A stretch of 64,000 bases of DNA, taken from positions 3,040,001 to 3,104,000 of the forward strand of contig CP166615.1 in the NCBI GenBank assembly GCA_041937175.2, in the 5' to 3' direction. Positions 54,628 through 64,000 of the stretch are shown here, piece after piece. How positions within the stretch are numbered: the first letter of the stretch is position 1; each line of letters begins with the position of its first letter. Source of the stretch: Limnothrix sp. BL-A-16 (GTDB taxonomy: Bacteria > Cyanobacteriota > Cyanobacteriia > CACIAM-69d). Below the pieces are notes generated by a model. It saw nothing but the letters and a program-made list of their open reading frames with translations, had not been told where the DNA came from and made no database searches. Both the position numbers and the translations under genes were made by a program.

Positions 54628-57279
54628 GTGCTGAAGTTTTGGTCTGTGGCAGCATTTTGCACCTTTGCCCGATCGCGCTGGGCCCAAGAGCGAATCCCTG
54701 TGGGGCGCTGGTGGCGTTGGTCCCAGGCTTGGGCCGCAGCGGGCGAACTGGAGGCGGTCTTAGCGGCCTTGGAAGCGGCGGTGATCCAGCGTCCCGGCTC
54801 GTTTAAATTAGTACGGCAACTGCTGGATACCTATGGCCAAGCGGGCTATCGACGGGCGGCCTGGCGACCGGTACAGCGGTTGGTGGCCGTGCGGCCCCGG
54901 GTGGCCGGGCGGGCTTGGGCCGCTTTGGGGGACTTGTATTGGGCGATGGGCGAATGGTCGGAAGCCATGCACGCCTACGATGAGGCTAAACAAAATCAGT
55001 ATCAGTCCACCTATCTAGAGGAACGGGCCGCCCGCTTTTGGGCCAGTCGTCAGGATTGGACGCGGGCCAAGGGAGCTTGGTGGACGGCGATCGCCTGGGA
55101 ACCGAGCGATCGACCCGATTGGCACGAGGCACTCTGCTTTGTGCTGCTGAGCGATCGCGATTTTGACGGGGCCATCAAGGCCGGAGAAACGGCCCTGGCT
55201 CTGGGGGGCGATCGGGCGGTGACTTGGCATCGGTTGGCTCAAGCGCATCGGGAACGGGGCGATCGTCCCACGGGTAACCGCTGTTTGCGGCGGGCCTGGC
55301 AAGTGGGAGCTAGGGATCCCTGGAGTTGGTTCCCCCAGGTCGGTGAATGTGCCGATCGCCCAGAATGGCAACGGGCTTGGCAAATGTTGCAGAGTGCGCC
55401 GGGTTTGGCGGTTCCCGAAACGGCCGCCGATTATCGCCGCTGGTCGCAACTGGCCAGCCAAGCGGGGGATTGGCCAGCGGCCATGGCCGCCCTCGATCGG
55501 GCCATGGCCTTGGATCCGTTGGCCCCGCCTGATGATTGGTGTGCCTTGGCGGATCTCTGTGCGCGATCGGGACAAGACCACCTGGCCAGCCTGGCTTGGC
55601 AACGGGCCTTAACCGCCGGAGCCAATCAGGGCGGAGTTTATTATGCCTATGCCGAATCCCAGCCCCGGTCATCATTGCCCGATCGCCTGGCCCTGTGGCG
55701 GCGAGCGATTCAAGCCAACCCCACTGATCCCCGGATGTATGACAACTACGGCCAAACCCTGGAAGCGGCCAACCGCCCGATCGCCGCGTTGGCCGCCTAT
55801 GGCCGGGCCATTCTGCTAGCCGGCCGACGTTTGGATATTCCCTTTCGACAAGGGGGAACCCTGTTGCAACAATTGGGTTGGTGGCGGCTGGCCTGCTGGT
55901 TTTGGGATCAAGCCAGTCTGCTCGCCCCCGATAGTGTTTGGTTCCAAGCGGAACGCCAAGCGGCCCTGGCTCGCCGGGCCCAATCACAGGGGCAATGGCA
56001 ACGGGCGATCGACCATTTCATGGCCGCCCTACGCTATCAGCCGGAATTTTGGCCCGCCTATGACGGCATCCAAGCGGTACTGGCGGCCGCCGGATTGCCC
56101 CCGGCCGATCCATCGCCCACTTCCCCGAGCCTGTTTTGCCAACTGCCTGATGGTCTGGCAGAAGCCACCAGCCTCCTAGCTACCGATTGGCAAGGTGTCG
56201 CGGCCGAGCTGCCGGGAACGGACTGTTTTCCCGCCTTTGAACCGGAAACCCATCCCCTGCGCGATTCCCAAGGCTTGGGCGATCCCCTGCCGGAATTACA
56301 GGCGATCGAGCCTACCTTGGATGCGCCGGCCGCCTACACCGTTGCGATTCCCCAAGGGCGAGCCTGGGGCGATAACCTGTGCAGCGTGGTGTTCAATGCC
56401 CACAATCAGGTGATTCGCGACTGTTCAACGGGTTACAGCGCCATTGTTGCCAGTTCGCCGCACCTGCCGCCGCCCCAACATTTCGCCGGAACGGTGGCTT
56501 TTTTGGCCACGCGCTGGGGCAAGGTCACCTATTTTCACTGGATGTTTGATCTGTTGCCTCGGTTGGAGGTGTTGCGGCGATCGGGCTTTGAGTGGGACTC
56601 GATCGATCGCTTTGTGGTCAATCTGTACGAATTACCCTTCCAACACCAAAGCTTTGAGCGGTTGCAAATTCCCCTGGAAAAAGTGGTGGCCTGCTGCCAT
56701 ACGGAATGGTTTGGTTCCGTGGATCCGGTTCAGGGGCGAATTCCCCATCTAACGGCCGATCGGCTGTTGGTGCCAGCGATTCCTGAGTTGCGGATCTATC
56801 GGGGATCGCGCTGGGCCCATCAGTTTTTGCGCGATACCTTTTTGGAACCGGCCCGCATTTCCCGCTTTCCCGATCGCCTCTACATCACCCGCCGCAGCGC
56901 CGCCTATCGCCAAGTGCTGAACGATCGGGAGGTGATTGAAACCTTGGAACAGTTCGGCTTTCGGGCGATCGACCCGGCCCGCCTGCCGCTGGTTGATCAG
57001 GCGGCGGCCTTCGCGGCGGCCAAGGTGATTGTGGCGGTGCATGGGGCCGGGCTAACGAACCTGGTGTTTGCCCAGCCTGGCACGAAGGTAGTTGAGATTT
57101 TCCAACCCAGTCACCGCCAAAATACCTATTGGCTCCTGAGCAACTTGGGTGGCTTGGAACACTATCACCTCACGGCGGATCTAGCACCCGGCGCGGAACA
57201 GGCCACCGCCGTGCAACAGAACATTACGATCAACCTCGATCGCCTCAAAGCCCTGCTGAAGCTAGCCGGAATTGATTAG
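54628..57279 (+). CDS. TPR-repeat protein with C-terminal GT61/DUF563 glycosyltransferase domain
   Basis: N-terminal TPR-like repeats; YFHWMFDLLPRL, RLYITR, RQVLN and HGAGLTNLVF..PGTKVVEIF motifs. Confidence 0.85.
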   Translation: MLKFWSVAAFCTFARSRWAQERIPVGRWWRWSQAWAAAGELEAVLAALEAAVIQRPGSFKLVRQLLDTYGQAGYRRAAWRPVQRLVAVRPRVAGRAWAALGDLYWAMGEWSEAMHAYDEAKQNQYQSTYLEERAARFWASRQDWTRAKGAWWTAIAWEPSDRPDWHEALCFVLLSDRDFDGAIKAGETALALGGDRAVTWHRLAQAHRERGDRPTGNRCLRRAWQVGARDPWSWFPQVGECADRPEWQRAWQMLQSAPGLAVPETAADYRRWSQLASQAGDWPAAMAALDRAMALDPLAPPDDWCALADLCARSGQDHLASLAWQRALTAGANQGGVYYAYAESQPRSSLPDRLALWRRAIQANPTDPRMYDNYGQTLEAANRPIAALAAYGRAILLAGRRLDIPFRQGGTLLQQLGWWRLACWFWDQASLLAPDSVWFQAERQAALARRAQSQGQWQRAIDHFMAALRYQPEFWPAYDGIQAVLAAAGLPPADPSPTSPSLFCQLPDGLAEATSLLATDWQGVAAELPGTDCFPAFEPETHPLRDSQGLGDPLPELQAIEPTLDAPAAYTVAIPQGRAWGDNLCSVVFNAHNQVIRDCSTGYSAIVASSPHLPPPQHFAGTVAFLATRWGKVTYFHWMFDLLPRLEVLRRSGFEWDSIDRFVVNLYELPFQHQSFERLQIPLEKVVACCHTEWFGSVDPVQGRIPHLTADRLLVPAIPELRIYRGSRWAHQFLRDTFLEPARISRFPDRLYITRRSAAYRQVLNDREVIETLEQFGFRAIDPARLPLVDQAAAFAAAKVIVAVHGAGLTNLVFAQPGTKVVEIFQPSHRQNTYWLLSNLGGLEHYHLTADLAPGAEQATAVQQNITINLDRLKALLKLAGID

Positions 57280-57328
57280 CAGAGTCGGGCTAGCGCAAAG
57301 CAGTAAAACATGAATGAAACCTGCGCAA

Positions 57329-58117
57329 TCAAGTGCTGACAATTCCTGACCATTGCACGGTTTTCGTACCGTCGCGGCGATAGGAAAAGAACCGATCGCC
57401 CTCGCAATAGGTGCAGTGGGGCGCGATGGTGACCTGCTCCCGATCGAGACCCAAATTCAACACCTGCTGGACGATCGTTTGGCGCACATCCAACCGCGCC
57501 TTTCCCGGTTCCGGATCCGGCAACACGGGCGGTTGTTCCCAGCCTTGGGCCTCCTTCAGGGGCACTGCCAGCGAGGCCACCACCTCTTCAGCCACTTCTT
57601 CCGTCACTTGATAAACCGCACCGGAAATGGCCGGGCCCAGCGCCACCCGCAAATCCGCCAGTTGGCTGCCCTGTTGGCGCATCCGTTCGATCGCCTTGGG
57701 CACAATGGCCGCCGCCGTTCCCCGCCAACCGGAATGCACCGCCGCCACCTGACCGGTTTTTAAATCCGCAATCAAAGCCGGGGTGCAATCGGCGCTGCAA
57801 ACCCACATCACCTGCCCCGGGCGATCGCTCAACAGTCCATCGGCTTGGGGATAGGTGGATTGCTCGCTAGCGGTGGCCGTTGCCTCCTGGAGCACGGCCC
57901 CTGCTGTAATTTCTGCAATTTCTGCTGGAGCCACCACCCGATCGCCATGCACCTGCTTGACTCGGAAGGTTTGGGCCGCGTCATCCAGCACCAAAGCCAG
58001 CTCAGCCGGCGGGCGGGGTGCAAAGTGCCGGGTAAAAAAACCGTGGGGAATTGGCTCCAACAGGGAGCAGGTGAGATAGGGCAGTCCTTGCCAGTTGCGC
58101 CAATGCCAGCCAGTCAC
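57329..58117 (-). CDS. pgeF: Peptidoglycan editing factor / purine nucleoside phosphorylase YfiH
   Basis: HGFFTR, QVHG, ADG, SADCTP, HSGWRG, ALGPAI, CT and FFSYRR motifs. Likely start GTG 58117. Confidence 0.92.
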   Translation of the reverse strand: MTGWHWRNWQGLPYLTCSLLEPIPHGFFTRHFAPRPPAELALVLDDAAQTFRVKQVHGDRVVAPAEIAEITAGAVLQEATATASEQSTYPQADGLLSDRPGQVMWVCSADCTPALIADLKTGQVAAVHSGWRGTAAAIVPKAIERMRQQGSQLADLRVALGPAISGAVYQVTEEVAEEVVASLAVPLKEAQGWEQPPVLPDPEPGKARLDVRQTIVQQVLNLGLDREQVTIAPHCTYCEGDRFFSYRRDGTKTVQWSGIVST

Positions 58118-58396
58118 GATCGAGCCTCCCAAGCGTTCTGAGTTGGCATGATAGGTGGAATGGTAACCGAACCCAAAGTTTGCGGGTACAGAACAGCCAT
58201 TGGGGCTTTTCAAAGATCCAGCCCAGAGATCCCGCCAGAACCGAAGAGTTGCTCAACTCTTGCCTCTCGTCCCCCTTTGCGGGGTATGATGGGACGGCTC
58301 AACGTTACCCGTTAACTTGAGTTGTCCTTAGGGGCGAGTCAGCTTAATTGATCGGTTTAATATTGATCGGTTTAATTGATCAATTGGCTCCACTAA

Positions 58397-58793
58397 GGGG
58401 GCATGGCGGAATGGTAGACGCTACGGACTTAAGACAATTGAGCCTCGGTTGAGAAATCGATCGAGTGGCAGCTCTCAAACTCAGGGAAACCTAAGGCACG
58501 GAACCAATTCTGGGACGTTGTTCACAGATCACCCCGATCGCTACGGCAATCCTGAGCCAAGCCGAAGGTGCAAAAAGCTCGCGGGCTTTTCCTTCGGAAG
58601 GTGCAGAGACTCGACGGGAGCTACCCTAACGTAACCAGCCGAGGGTAAAGGGAGAGTCCAATCTTCAACGCCAAACGGTCGATCGAGCAGCTTTGCTGAC
58701 TCACGAGCCGAATTGTGCAGGGGCGAAAGCCACAGGAAGATGAAAATCCGTTGACCCTAAACGGTCGTGAGGGTTCGAGCCCCTCTGCCCCCA
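58397..58793 (+). tRNA. trnL: tRNA-Leu(UAA), split by a group I intron (exons 58397-58430 and 58743-58793)
   Basis: 5' exon GGGGGCATGGCGGAATGGTAGACGCTACGGACTT and 3' exon AAAATCCGTTGACC...GGTTCGAGCCCCTCTGCCCCCA. The joined anticodon is TAA. Confidence 0.96.
58431..58742 (+). ncRNA. Group I intron (IC3 type) in the trnL anticodon
   Basis: Core elements AAACTCAGGGAAACC, AATCCTGAGCC, GTGCAGAGACTCGACGGG and AGGGAGAGTCCA; preceded by U and ends in G; 312 nt. Confidence 0.95.
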
Positions 58794-58874
58794 TCTTTAA
58801 ACCCATAAACCCATTTCCGATCCAAAGCTCCGGTCAGTTCTTCTGGTCGGAGCTGCGCGTGATTCACCGGCAAT

Positions 58875-59660
58875 TTAACTAGAAGCGCTGGTGTAGAACC
58901 GGAGGGCAAAACGCCAAAATTGATTGGACAAATACAACAGCCCGATCGCCAGCAACCCTGAAACGCCTACCAAAAACCAAGCATCGCGGCCCAAGGCAAT
59001 TTGTGCCGGCACGGTTGTCATAAACAACACCGGCACAATGAACGTGAAAAAGAAGCGAAACGCCGCCGGATAGGCCGTGAGGGGATAGCGACCAGCTTCC
59101 AAAAGCCCTCGCAACACTTCCGTGATGTTATAGATTTTGGTGAACCAAATGCTGGTGGCCCCTAACACAAACCAGAGGCTATATAAAATTAGCAATCCAA
59201 AGCCAAGCGGCAACATTGCCCAGCCATATTGCCACCAGGGAAGTTGTAGGTTGATCCCGGCATAGAAAATCAACCCCAAACCGAGGGCAATGTCAGGAAA
59301 ACCCCAGAGGGAAACGGCGCGGGTGGATAGCCAAAATTGGCTGCTAATGGGTTTCAGTAAAACAAAATCCAGGGTTCCTAGCTCCACCTGGCGCACGATG
59401 CTGTTCAGGTTGGGAGCTAAAAAGGTGTTGGAAAAGCCTTGCAAAAACAGAAAAAGACCCAAGACCAAAAGTGCTTCATACCAGTTCCAGTCCTGGAAGG
59501 TATAGCCTGTTCGATAAAACAAAAAAAGCCCAAAGCCGCTGGCAATTCCCCCGCCAATGGAAGAGATGCTGGCTAAGAGAAAGTTGCCGCGATATTCCAT
59601 TTCGGCCGCGATCGCGGTGGTGACAAACAACCGCAGGAGTTTCCAATGATGAAGCAGCAT
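58875..59660 (-). CDS. ABC-2 type permease (DUF990-like)
   Basis: AEMEYRGNF, GTLDFVLLKPISSQFW, GRYP and ALRFYTSASS motifs; ~6 TMs. Confidence 0.85.
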   Translation of the reverse strand: MLLHHWKLLRLFVTTAIAAEMEYRGNFLLASISSIGGGIASGFGLFLFYRTGYTFQDWNWYEALLVLGLFLFLQGFSNTFLAPNLNSIVRQVELGTLDFVLLKPISSQFWLSTRAVSLWGFPDIALGLGLIFYAGINLQLPWWQYGWAMLPLGFGLLILYSLWFVLGATSIWFTKIYNITEVLRGLLEAGRYPLTAYPAAFRFFFTFIVPVLFMTTVPAQIALGRDAWFLVGVSGLLAIGLLYLSNQFWRFALRFYTSASS

Positions 59661-59761
59661 GGGGACGGAGTGGTAAGGGCCGATTGCAGCCGGGGCGATC
59701 GGGTTGGGCGATCGCCCTCAGGATGGATGGTTGAAGCGGACGGGCGGGAATAGCTAACCCA

Positions 59762-62700
59762 TTACCCCACCGGCTCCAGGGACTCATCGATCGCCTGTTC
59801 AGCGCGATCGCGGGCCGACTGTTCCGCCATTGCGATCAGGAACTGGAAGGCCTTCACCATGAAGGTGGCGCAATTGTAAGGCGACGTTTCATAGAACTGT
59901 TGCCAGGCCTGACCCTTGCGCTCGTTGTAAATGGGTTCATCCTCGGGATGGCGATCGAGCCAGGCCAACCGCACCGCATGGCCCACCAACACATCCAACA
60001 CCAGGTAATCATCAATTTGCAGCTCAGGGTTGCGATCGGTCAGGGCTGCCAACTCCGCCAACGCTTCCATGCAAACCTGTCGGTAAAGCGGCGCACCAAT
60101 CTTGTTCAGCAGGTGTTCCACTTGCAGGGCGAAGTTTTTTTCGCCGGGGGTCATTTCCGCCAACACCAAGGCACTGTCGAGCCGGTTGCGACGCTCCAGC
60201 TTGTCCCCAATCACCAGGCCCTTGCAATGGCCCAACAGGTTCCAAACCTGGGGATAAAAATCCTTGGGCACGCGATTTAACGCGCCGTCCAGTTCCCGCT
60301 GGCGGGCCCAACTCCCGGCGGGGGGCAGACCCTCTTCCCGCTGCGGCACAATCGTCCACTCGATCGCCCGGCCCGTGGCCCGCAGGTGCAACGATTCCTG
60401 CTGTTGCAAGGCCAAAGTTGCGCCCTGATAGCCTTCCAGCACGTGGCGCAAGCGCAATTGCACCTCGTAGGGACTGAGTTCCATCAGTTGCTCGTAGGCC
60501 TCATCGGGCGTGACGAGCATTTCGCGACCCAATTCGCTCACCAACAGCAGCAGAAAATAGCTGGTGCGAAGGGTCAAAAAGCCTTTGAACAGGGCGGGGT
60601 TGGACTTAATCAACACGCCCAAGGCCACCAAAATTTCCTGGCTCAAGACCCGATCGCGGATGTCTTCTCCGCAAAATTCGTCAATCTTGGCCATGATCTC
60701 GTCGTGGGGCATGGGGCGATCGATCAAGGATCCCTCGCTGTAGGCCCGGCCCACGGCAATAAACTTTTGCCGCACCAGCAAATCGGTCACCGCGTCCGAA
60801 AGGTTAATGTCTGCCTTGTTCAACAGGCCCGCCGCCCGCCGCACAATTGCCCAATAGGGCCGACAGCGAGCAATTCCGTCAGATTCCACAACGCTGTAGC
60901 CCTGAAGGGCCCGGTTATAGATTTCTTCCACCAGCAGGTTGAGGGGCACGGCGCGATCGTCCCCGGCAAAGCCCGTCTCAAAATCCGGGCCCACCAGTCG
61001 CCACAGATCTTGAATTAGCTCAATTTGTTCATAGAGATTCACCGTAGCCCGCAGCCGGGTGAGCAAGCTCTTGGGATTGGTTTCCGACTCCAGTTGAAAT
61101 TCCTGGCGACTGCTGAGGGGTTTGGTGTCCGCCGCCGAAAAGGCCAGATATTGGGACAGGGGCAAGGGCCCACCACTGGTCGCAGATTGCTCGAATTCGT
61201 AGCCGTGGAGAAAGTCAATCCGCTCGCTCCCGGCGGTGAGCACAAAGGATTGCAGTCGTCCCAGGCGGATCGGCACATTGTTGCATTTGCCAGATTTGAA
61301 ATCCGCAATCAGGGAGAGCAGGGGCGATCGGGTGTCGAGGTCGGCTTCTGTGGATCCCAACATTTCCCGGGTCAGCAACAGGGTCATGGTGGGTCGCCCC
61401 AACTGTCGCCACTGGCGGGCAATGTAAGCCAGTTCGCTGCGAATTTGGGAGGTCAAAAACTCCGGATCTGCCCCCGAATAGAACTGCTCTTGATCTAAAA
61501 AGGAGGGCAGAAACACCATGGTTTTGCCGCAAATCGAGAAAATTCGCGACGTGGTGAGGGTGCGCAGCCGCCGCAGGGGCCGCCCCGTGAGGCCCAGGGC
61601 TTCGTTGCGGCCGATTTGGGCATAGGCCGCCGAGAGATCCCGCGCGGGCCGCACCTCGATCGGGGCCACTTGATCCGGCGTTTGGGTTTCAATTCCGTAG
61701 ATTGCCAGTTGATGTTGCAGGGCCGCATCTTCCGCCAGCAACACCATTTGCACCAACGGTTCCCGCACGGCTCCCGGGCGCGATCGCCGGCCGAGGGGAT
61801 CCAAATCCGCCACATCGATCAGCTCTTCCAACACCAACTGACCCAGCAGCCACAGGGATTGGGCCCAAACCAGGGGTACGTTGTCGTTGGGCAAGCGGGT
61901 TTGGGAACCGGGGTTGGCCTGTTCGGCGGCGATCGCCTCCTCCGGTACGTAATAGACCTCCGGCAACAGAGCGAATCCCTCCCGCTCCACGGCCACCCCT
62001 TGCAATCGCTGGTGATAGTCCAAGGCCCTGTCCCGATCGCCCCGAAACAGGGCATCCAACATCAAATAGGTCCAAAACAGCGGCCACTCGCACTCAATAT
62101 GCTCAAAGCGCTTGAGTTCATAGGGTTCGTAATGCAGACGGCTGGTGTCTTCCAGAACGGTTTGGTGACCATCCCGCAGGAACCGCTTGCAGCCGTAGCG
62201 CCCCTCCAGTTTTTCGACAATTTGCCGCCGCGTGCGATCGACCAAATTCGCATCATCCACCGCGAACGCCGGGAAGCCAATGATGCTCAACAGGGCCCCA
62301 TCCACCTCCTTAGAAGCCGACTCGCGCGGCAACAGGGATTCCAGCGTGGCCCGCGATCGGGCAATTTCATCCTCCAGCACATGCAGCACGGATAATTGCG
62401 ATCCCCTTGCCCCAAACAGATCAAACCCATTCAGCGCTTCCAACGCCGCCTTCGCCATCCCGATCGAGCTGGCGTTTAGCTCCGGGTTGCCGTGATTAAT
62501 CTTGTTGCCCCGTTCCCAAATGCCGTAATCGGCCGTGCGGTAGGCACGCCCGATGTAATAGACCAGATTTTGGACAAAATTCACCTCGTCGGTGGTGTAA
62601 ATCACCTCCAAACCCGAAGCCGTCATTTGCGCCAAGATCAACAAAAATACCGAAGTGGCATCAATTTGTAGATGGCCCCAGCCGTCATCGGCCACCACCG

Positions 62701-63076
62701 TGTTACCCGTGCTCGTGTCGTACTTAGCATGGAGCGCATCTAACGGATCTTGGGTGTGCTTAAAGCGCTCCACCTTGTGGGCTTGCCGCATCATCGATGA
62801 CAACAGACCCCGCATCAGCTTCACCACGCTCTGCTGAATTTCGTAGCCGCGTCCCGCTTCGAGTCCCGCCTTGCGATAGGCCAGCGCCAGCCCCCAGGCT
62901 GCCAAGATGCTGTAGACGTTATCGCGTACCCAAGCATCGGTGTAGTCCCCATGGATATTAACGGCGGTGCTGGCAGGCATCAGGCCGCTGATGGGGTGTT
63001 GGCGGTTCAAAATGACCTGGGAAATCAGCCGATCGAAATACTCCAGGCGATCGCGACGGGACTGAGAGGCGGTCAT
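59762..63076 (-). CDS. Glycoside hydrolase family 15 / phosphorylase kinase alpha-beta-like protein
   Basis: DAWVRDNVYS, LHAKY, WGHLQIDATS, DYGIWERG, ELNASSIGMAKAALEA, LLPRESASKEVD, YGCKRFLRDG, FEHIECEWPLF, WAQSL and EMTPGEKNFAL motifs. Confidence 0.9.
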   Translation of the reverse strand: MTASQSRRDRLEYFDRLISQVILNRQHPISGLMPASTAVNIHGDYTDAWVRDNVYSILAAWGLALAYRKAGLEAGRGYEIQQSVVKLMRGLLSSMMRQAHKVERFKHTQDPLDALHAKYDTSTGNTVVADDGWGHLQIDATSVFLLILAQMTASGLEVIYTTDEVNFVQNLVYYIGRAYRTADYGIWERGNKINHGNPELNASSIGMAKAALEALNGFDLFGARGSQLSVLHVLEDEIARSRATLESLLPRESASKEVDGALLSIIGFPAFAVDDANLVDRTRRQIVEKLEGRYGCKRFLRDGHQTVLEDTSRLHYEPYELKRFEHIECEWPLFWTYLMLDALFRGDRDRALDYHQRLQGVAVEREGFALLPEVYYVPEEAIAAEQANPGSQTRLPNDNVPLVWAQSLWLLGQLVLEELIDVADLDPLGRRSRPGAVREPLVQMVLLAEDAALQHQLAIYGIETQTPDQVAPIEVRPARDLSAAYAQIGRNEALGLTGRPLRRLRTLTTSRIFSICGKTMVFLPSFLDQEQFYSGADPEFLTSQIRSELAYIARQWRQLGRPTMTLLLTREMLGSTEADLDTRSPLLSLIADFKSGKCNNVPIRLGRLQSFVLTAGSERIDFLHGYEFEQSATSGGPLPLSQYLAFSAADTKPLSSRQEFQLESETNPKSLLTRLRATVNLYEQIELIQDLWRLVGPDFETGFAGDDRAVPLNLLVEEIYNRALQGYSVVESDGIARCRPYWAIVRRAAGLLNKADINLSDAVTDLLVRQKFIAVGRAYSEGSLIDRPMPHDEIMAKIDEFCGEDIRDRVLSQEILVALGVLIKSNPALFKGFLTLRTSYFLLLLVSELGREMLVTPDEAYEQLMELSPYEVQLRLRHVLEGYQGATLALQQQESLHLRATGRAIEWTIVPQREEGLPPAGSWARQRELDGALNRVPKDFYPQVWNLLGHCKGLVIGDKLERRNRLDSALVLAEMTPGEKNFALQVEHLLNKIGAPLYRQVCMEALAELAALTDRNPELQIDDYLVLDVLVGHAVRLAWLDRHPEDEPIYNERKGQAWQQFYETSPYNCATFMVKAFQFLIAMAEQSARDRAEQAIDESLEPVG

Positions 63077-64000
63077 AGGCTACGGCAGGGACTTAAAGAC
63101 ACTATAGACGGTTTATTTTCCTGGATCGCGGCAACGCTGAAGCCTTTATAAAAGCCTTGGTTAATGCTCTAGGTTCAGGCTTTTGGATTCCGGCCTCTGG
63201 ATTCCGGCCTCTGGATTCAGGCTTCTAGATTCAGGCTGCGTCGTTGGTGAATGAATTGCCCATGATTCGGTGGCCTGACCCTTGAGGGAGACCCAGGAGC
63301 CACAAGCTGTGCCGGGGCGATCGGGAACATCCGCCCAAGGAGTGGGGGCAGTTGTGATCGGAATCTCCCTGGCTAGCCAGGCGATCGCCGTAAAATTGGC
63401 TCAAGGGGATTGCAACGGTTGTCAATTTCTTGTCAGCCTTTGGTCAGCAATTTGCAGCCACCAACGGTCAGCCGCTCTTAGCCCTGCCTCCAACAGCCCC
63501 CCAAAACGGGCCCAAGCTTCCCCATCCAGCGCGTTAAATTTCGGCTAATGAATGGGCCTTGCGTGTTCACGAAGTTCGAGAGGGGGGAATTGAGGTCTAA
63601 CTCGAAATTCTACGGAGTCTTGCTCTGGGAACCGTTAGAATCGATTTCTAGATCTCAATGATGGGTCTCACCCCCCATGGCGATTGATCGGGGGAGTCCG
63701 CGCCGGGGACAACGGGGAGCCTATTCAACTTCAATGGGATGGGGGCTGGTTGAAAGTGATGCAACAAAACCGTTTGGGAGGCAAATCGGTTCGGAGAATT
63801 CGGCAAAATCGGGGTCGAATAGAGCGATCATTGCTGTTGGGGCCGCTGAGTCCACAATCCCGCAAGAGTCTACGGCTGGGTTCAGCCTTGGGGTTGGATG
63901 TCTGATGTTGGGGGTCACAGCGCAAGTTGATGCAAGGCTGCAACAATCTACGCGGCTCTCTATGCGACTCTGTGCGAATCGATTGAGGCATTATCCCGAC

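Noticed and set aside
58449..58806. 61-aa ORFs over the intron as a possible homing endonuclease
   Set aside because: Too short, no LAGLIDADG/HNH/GIY-YIG/PD-(D/E)XK motif, and they overlap the ribozyme core.
63185..63236. 14-bp GGATTCCGGCCTCT-type tandem repeat (similar ones at ~2928, ~24667, ~40855 and ~58345)
   Set aside because: Generic short intergenic tandem repeats with no spacers or shared consensus.
63905..64000. Plus-strand frame open to the window edge (MLGVTAQVDARL...)
   Set aside because: Only 32 codons are visible with no recognisable motif, so it cannot be supported.

Overview
Core-genome window of a cyanobacterium. Evidence: a cyanobacterial-type rRNA operon, nblA, crtR, ndhH, a tRNA-Leu(UAA) with a group I intron, and very dense HIP1/CGATCG sites. 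Left end: a lower-GC polysaccharide export locus (wzm, wzt and a truncated sulfotransferase missing from the ORF track), directly downstream of a minus-strand 16S-tRNA(Ile)-23S-5S operon. The rest is mostly housekeeping: glyQ, comEC, nblA, crtR, ldhA, hemB, purC-bamA-lpxC-fabZ-lpxA-lpxB, rnd, aas, ndhH, prmA and pgeF. Mixed in are unusual fusion proteins: a permease-Cys-rich-histidine kinase, an LRAT domain with PspA-like helices, a tandem double GT2, a TPR-GT61 and a phosphorylase-kinase-like GH15. I found no transposase, prophage or CRISPR array. The most distinctive unexplained signal is a family of small non-coding elements built on the palindrome CAAGGGGCTTAAGCCCCTTG. It occurs 7 times: inside two different MITE-like inverted-repeat shells and in a 3 x ~105 bp tandem array. 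Two core alleles appear in all four allele/shell combinations. Product calls rest on motif recognition only; no database searches were run.
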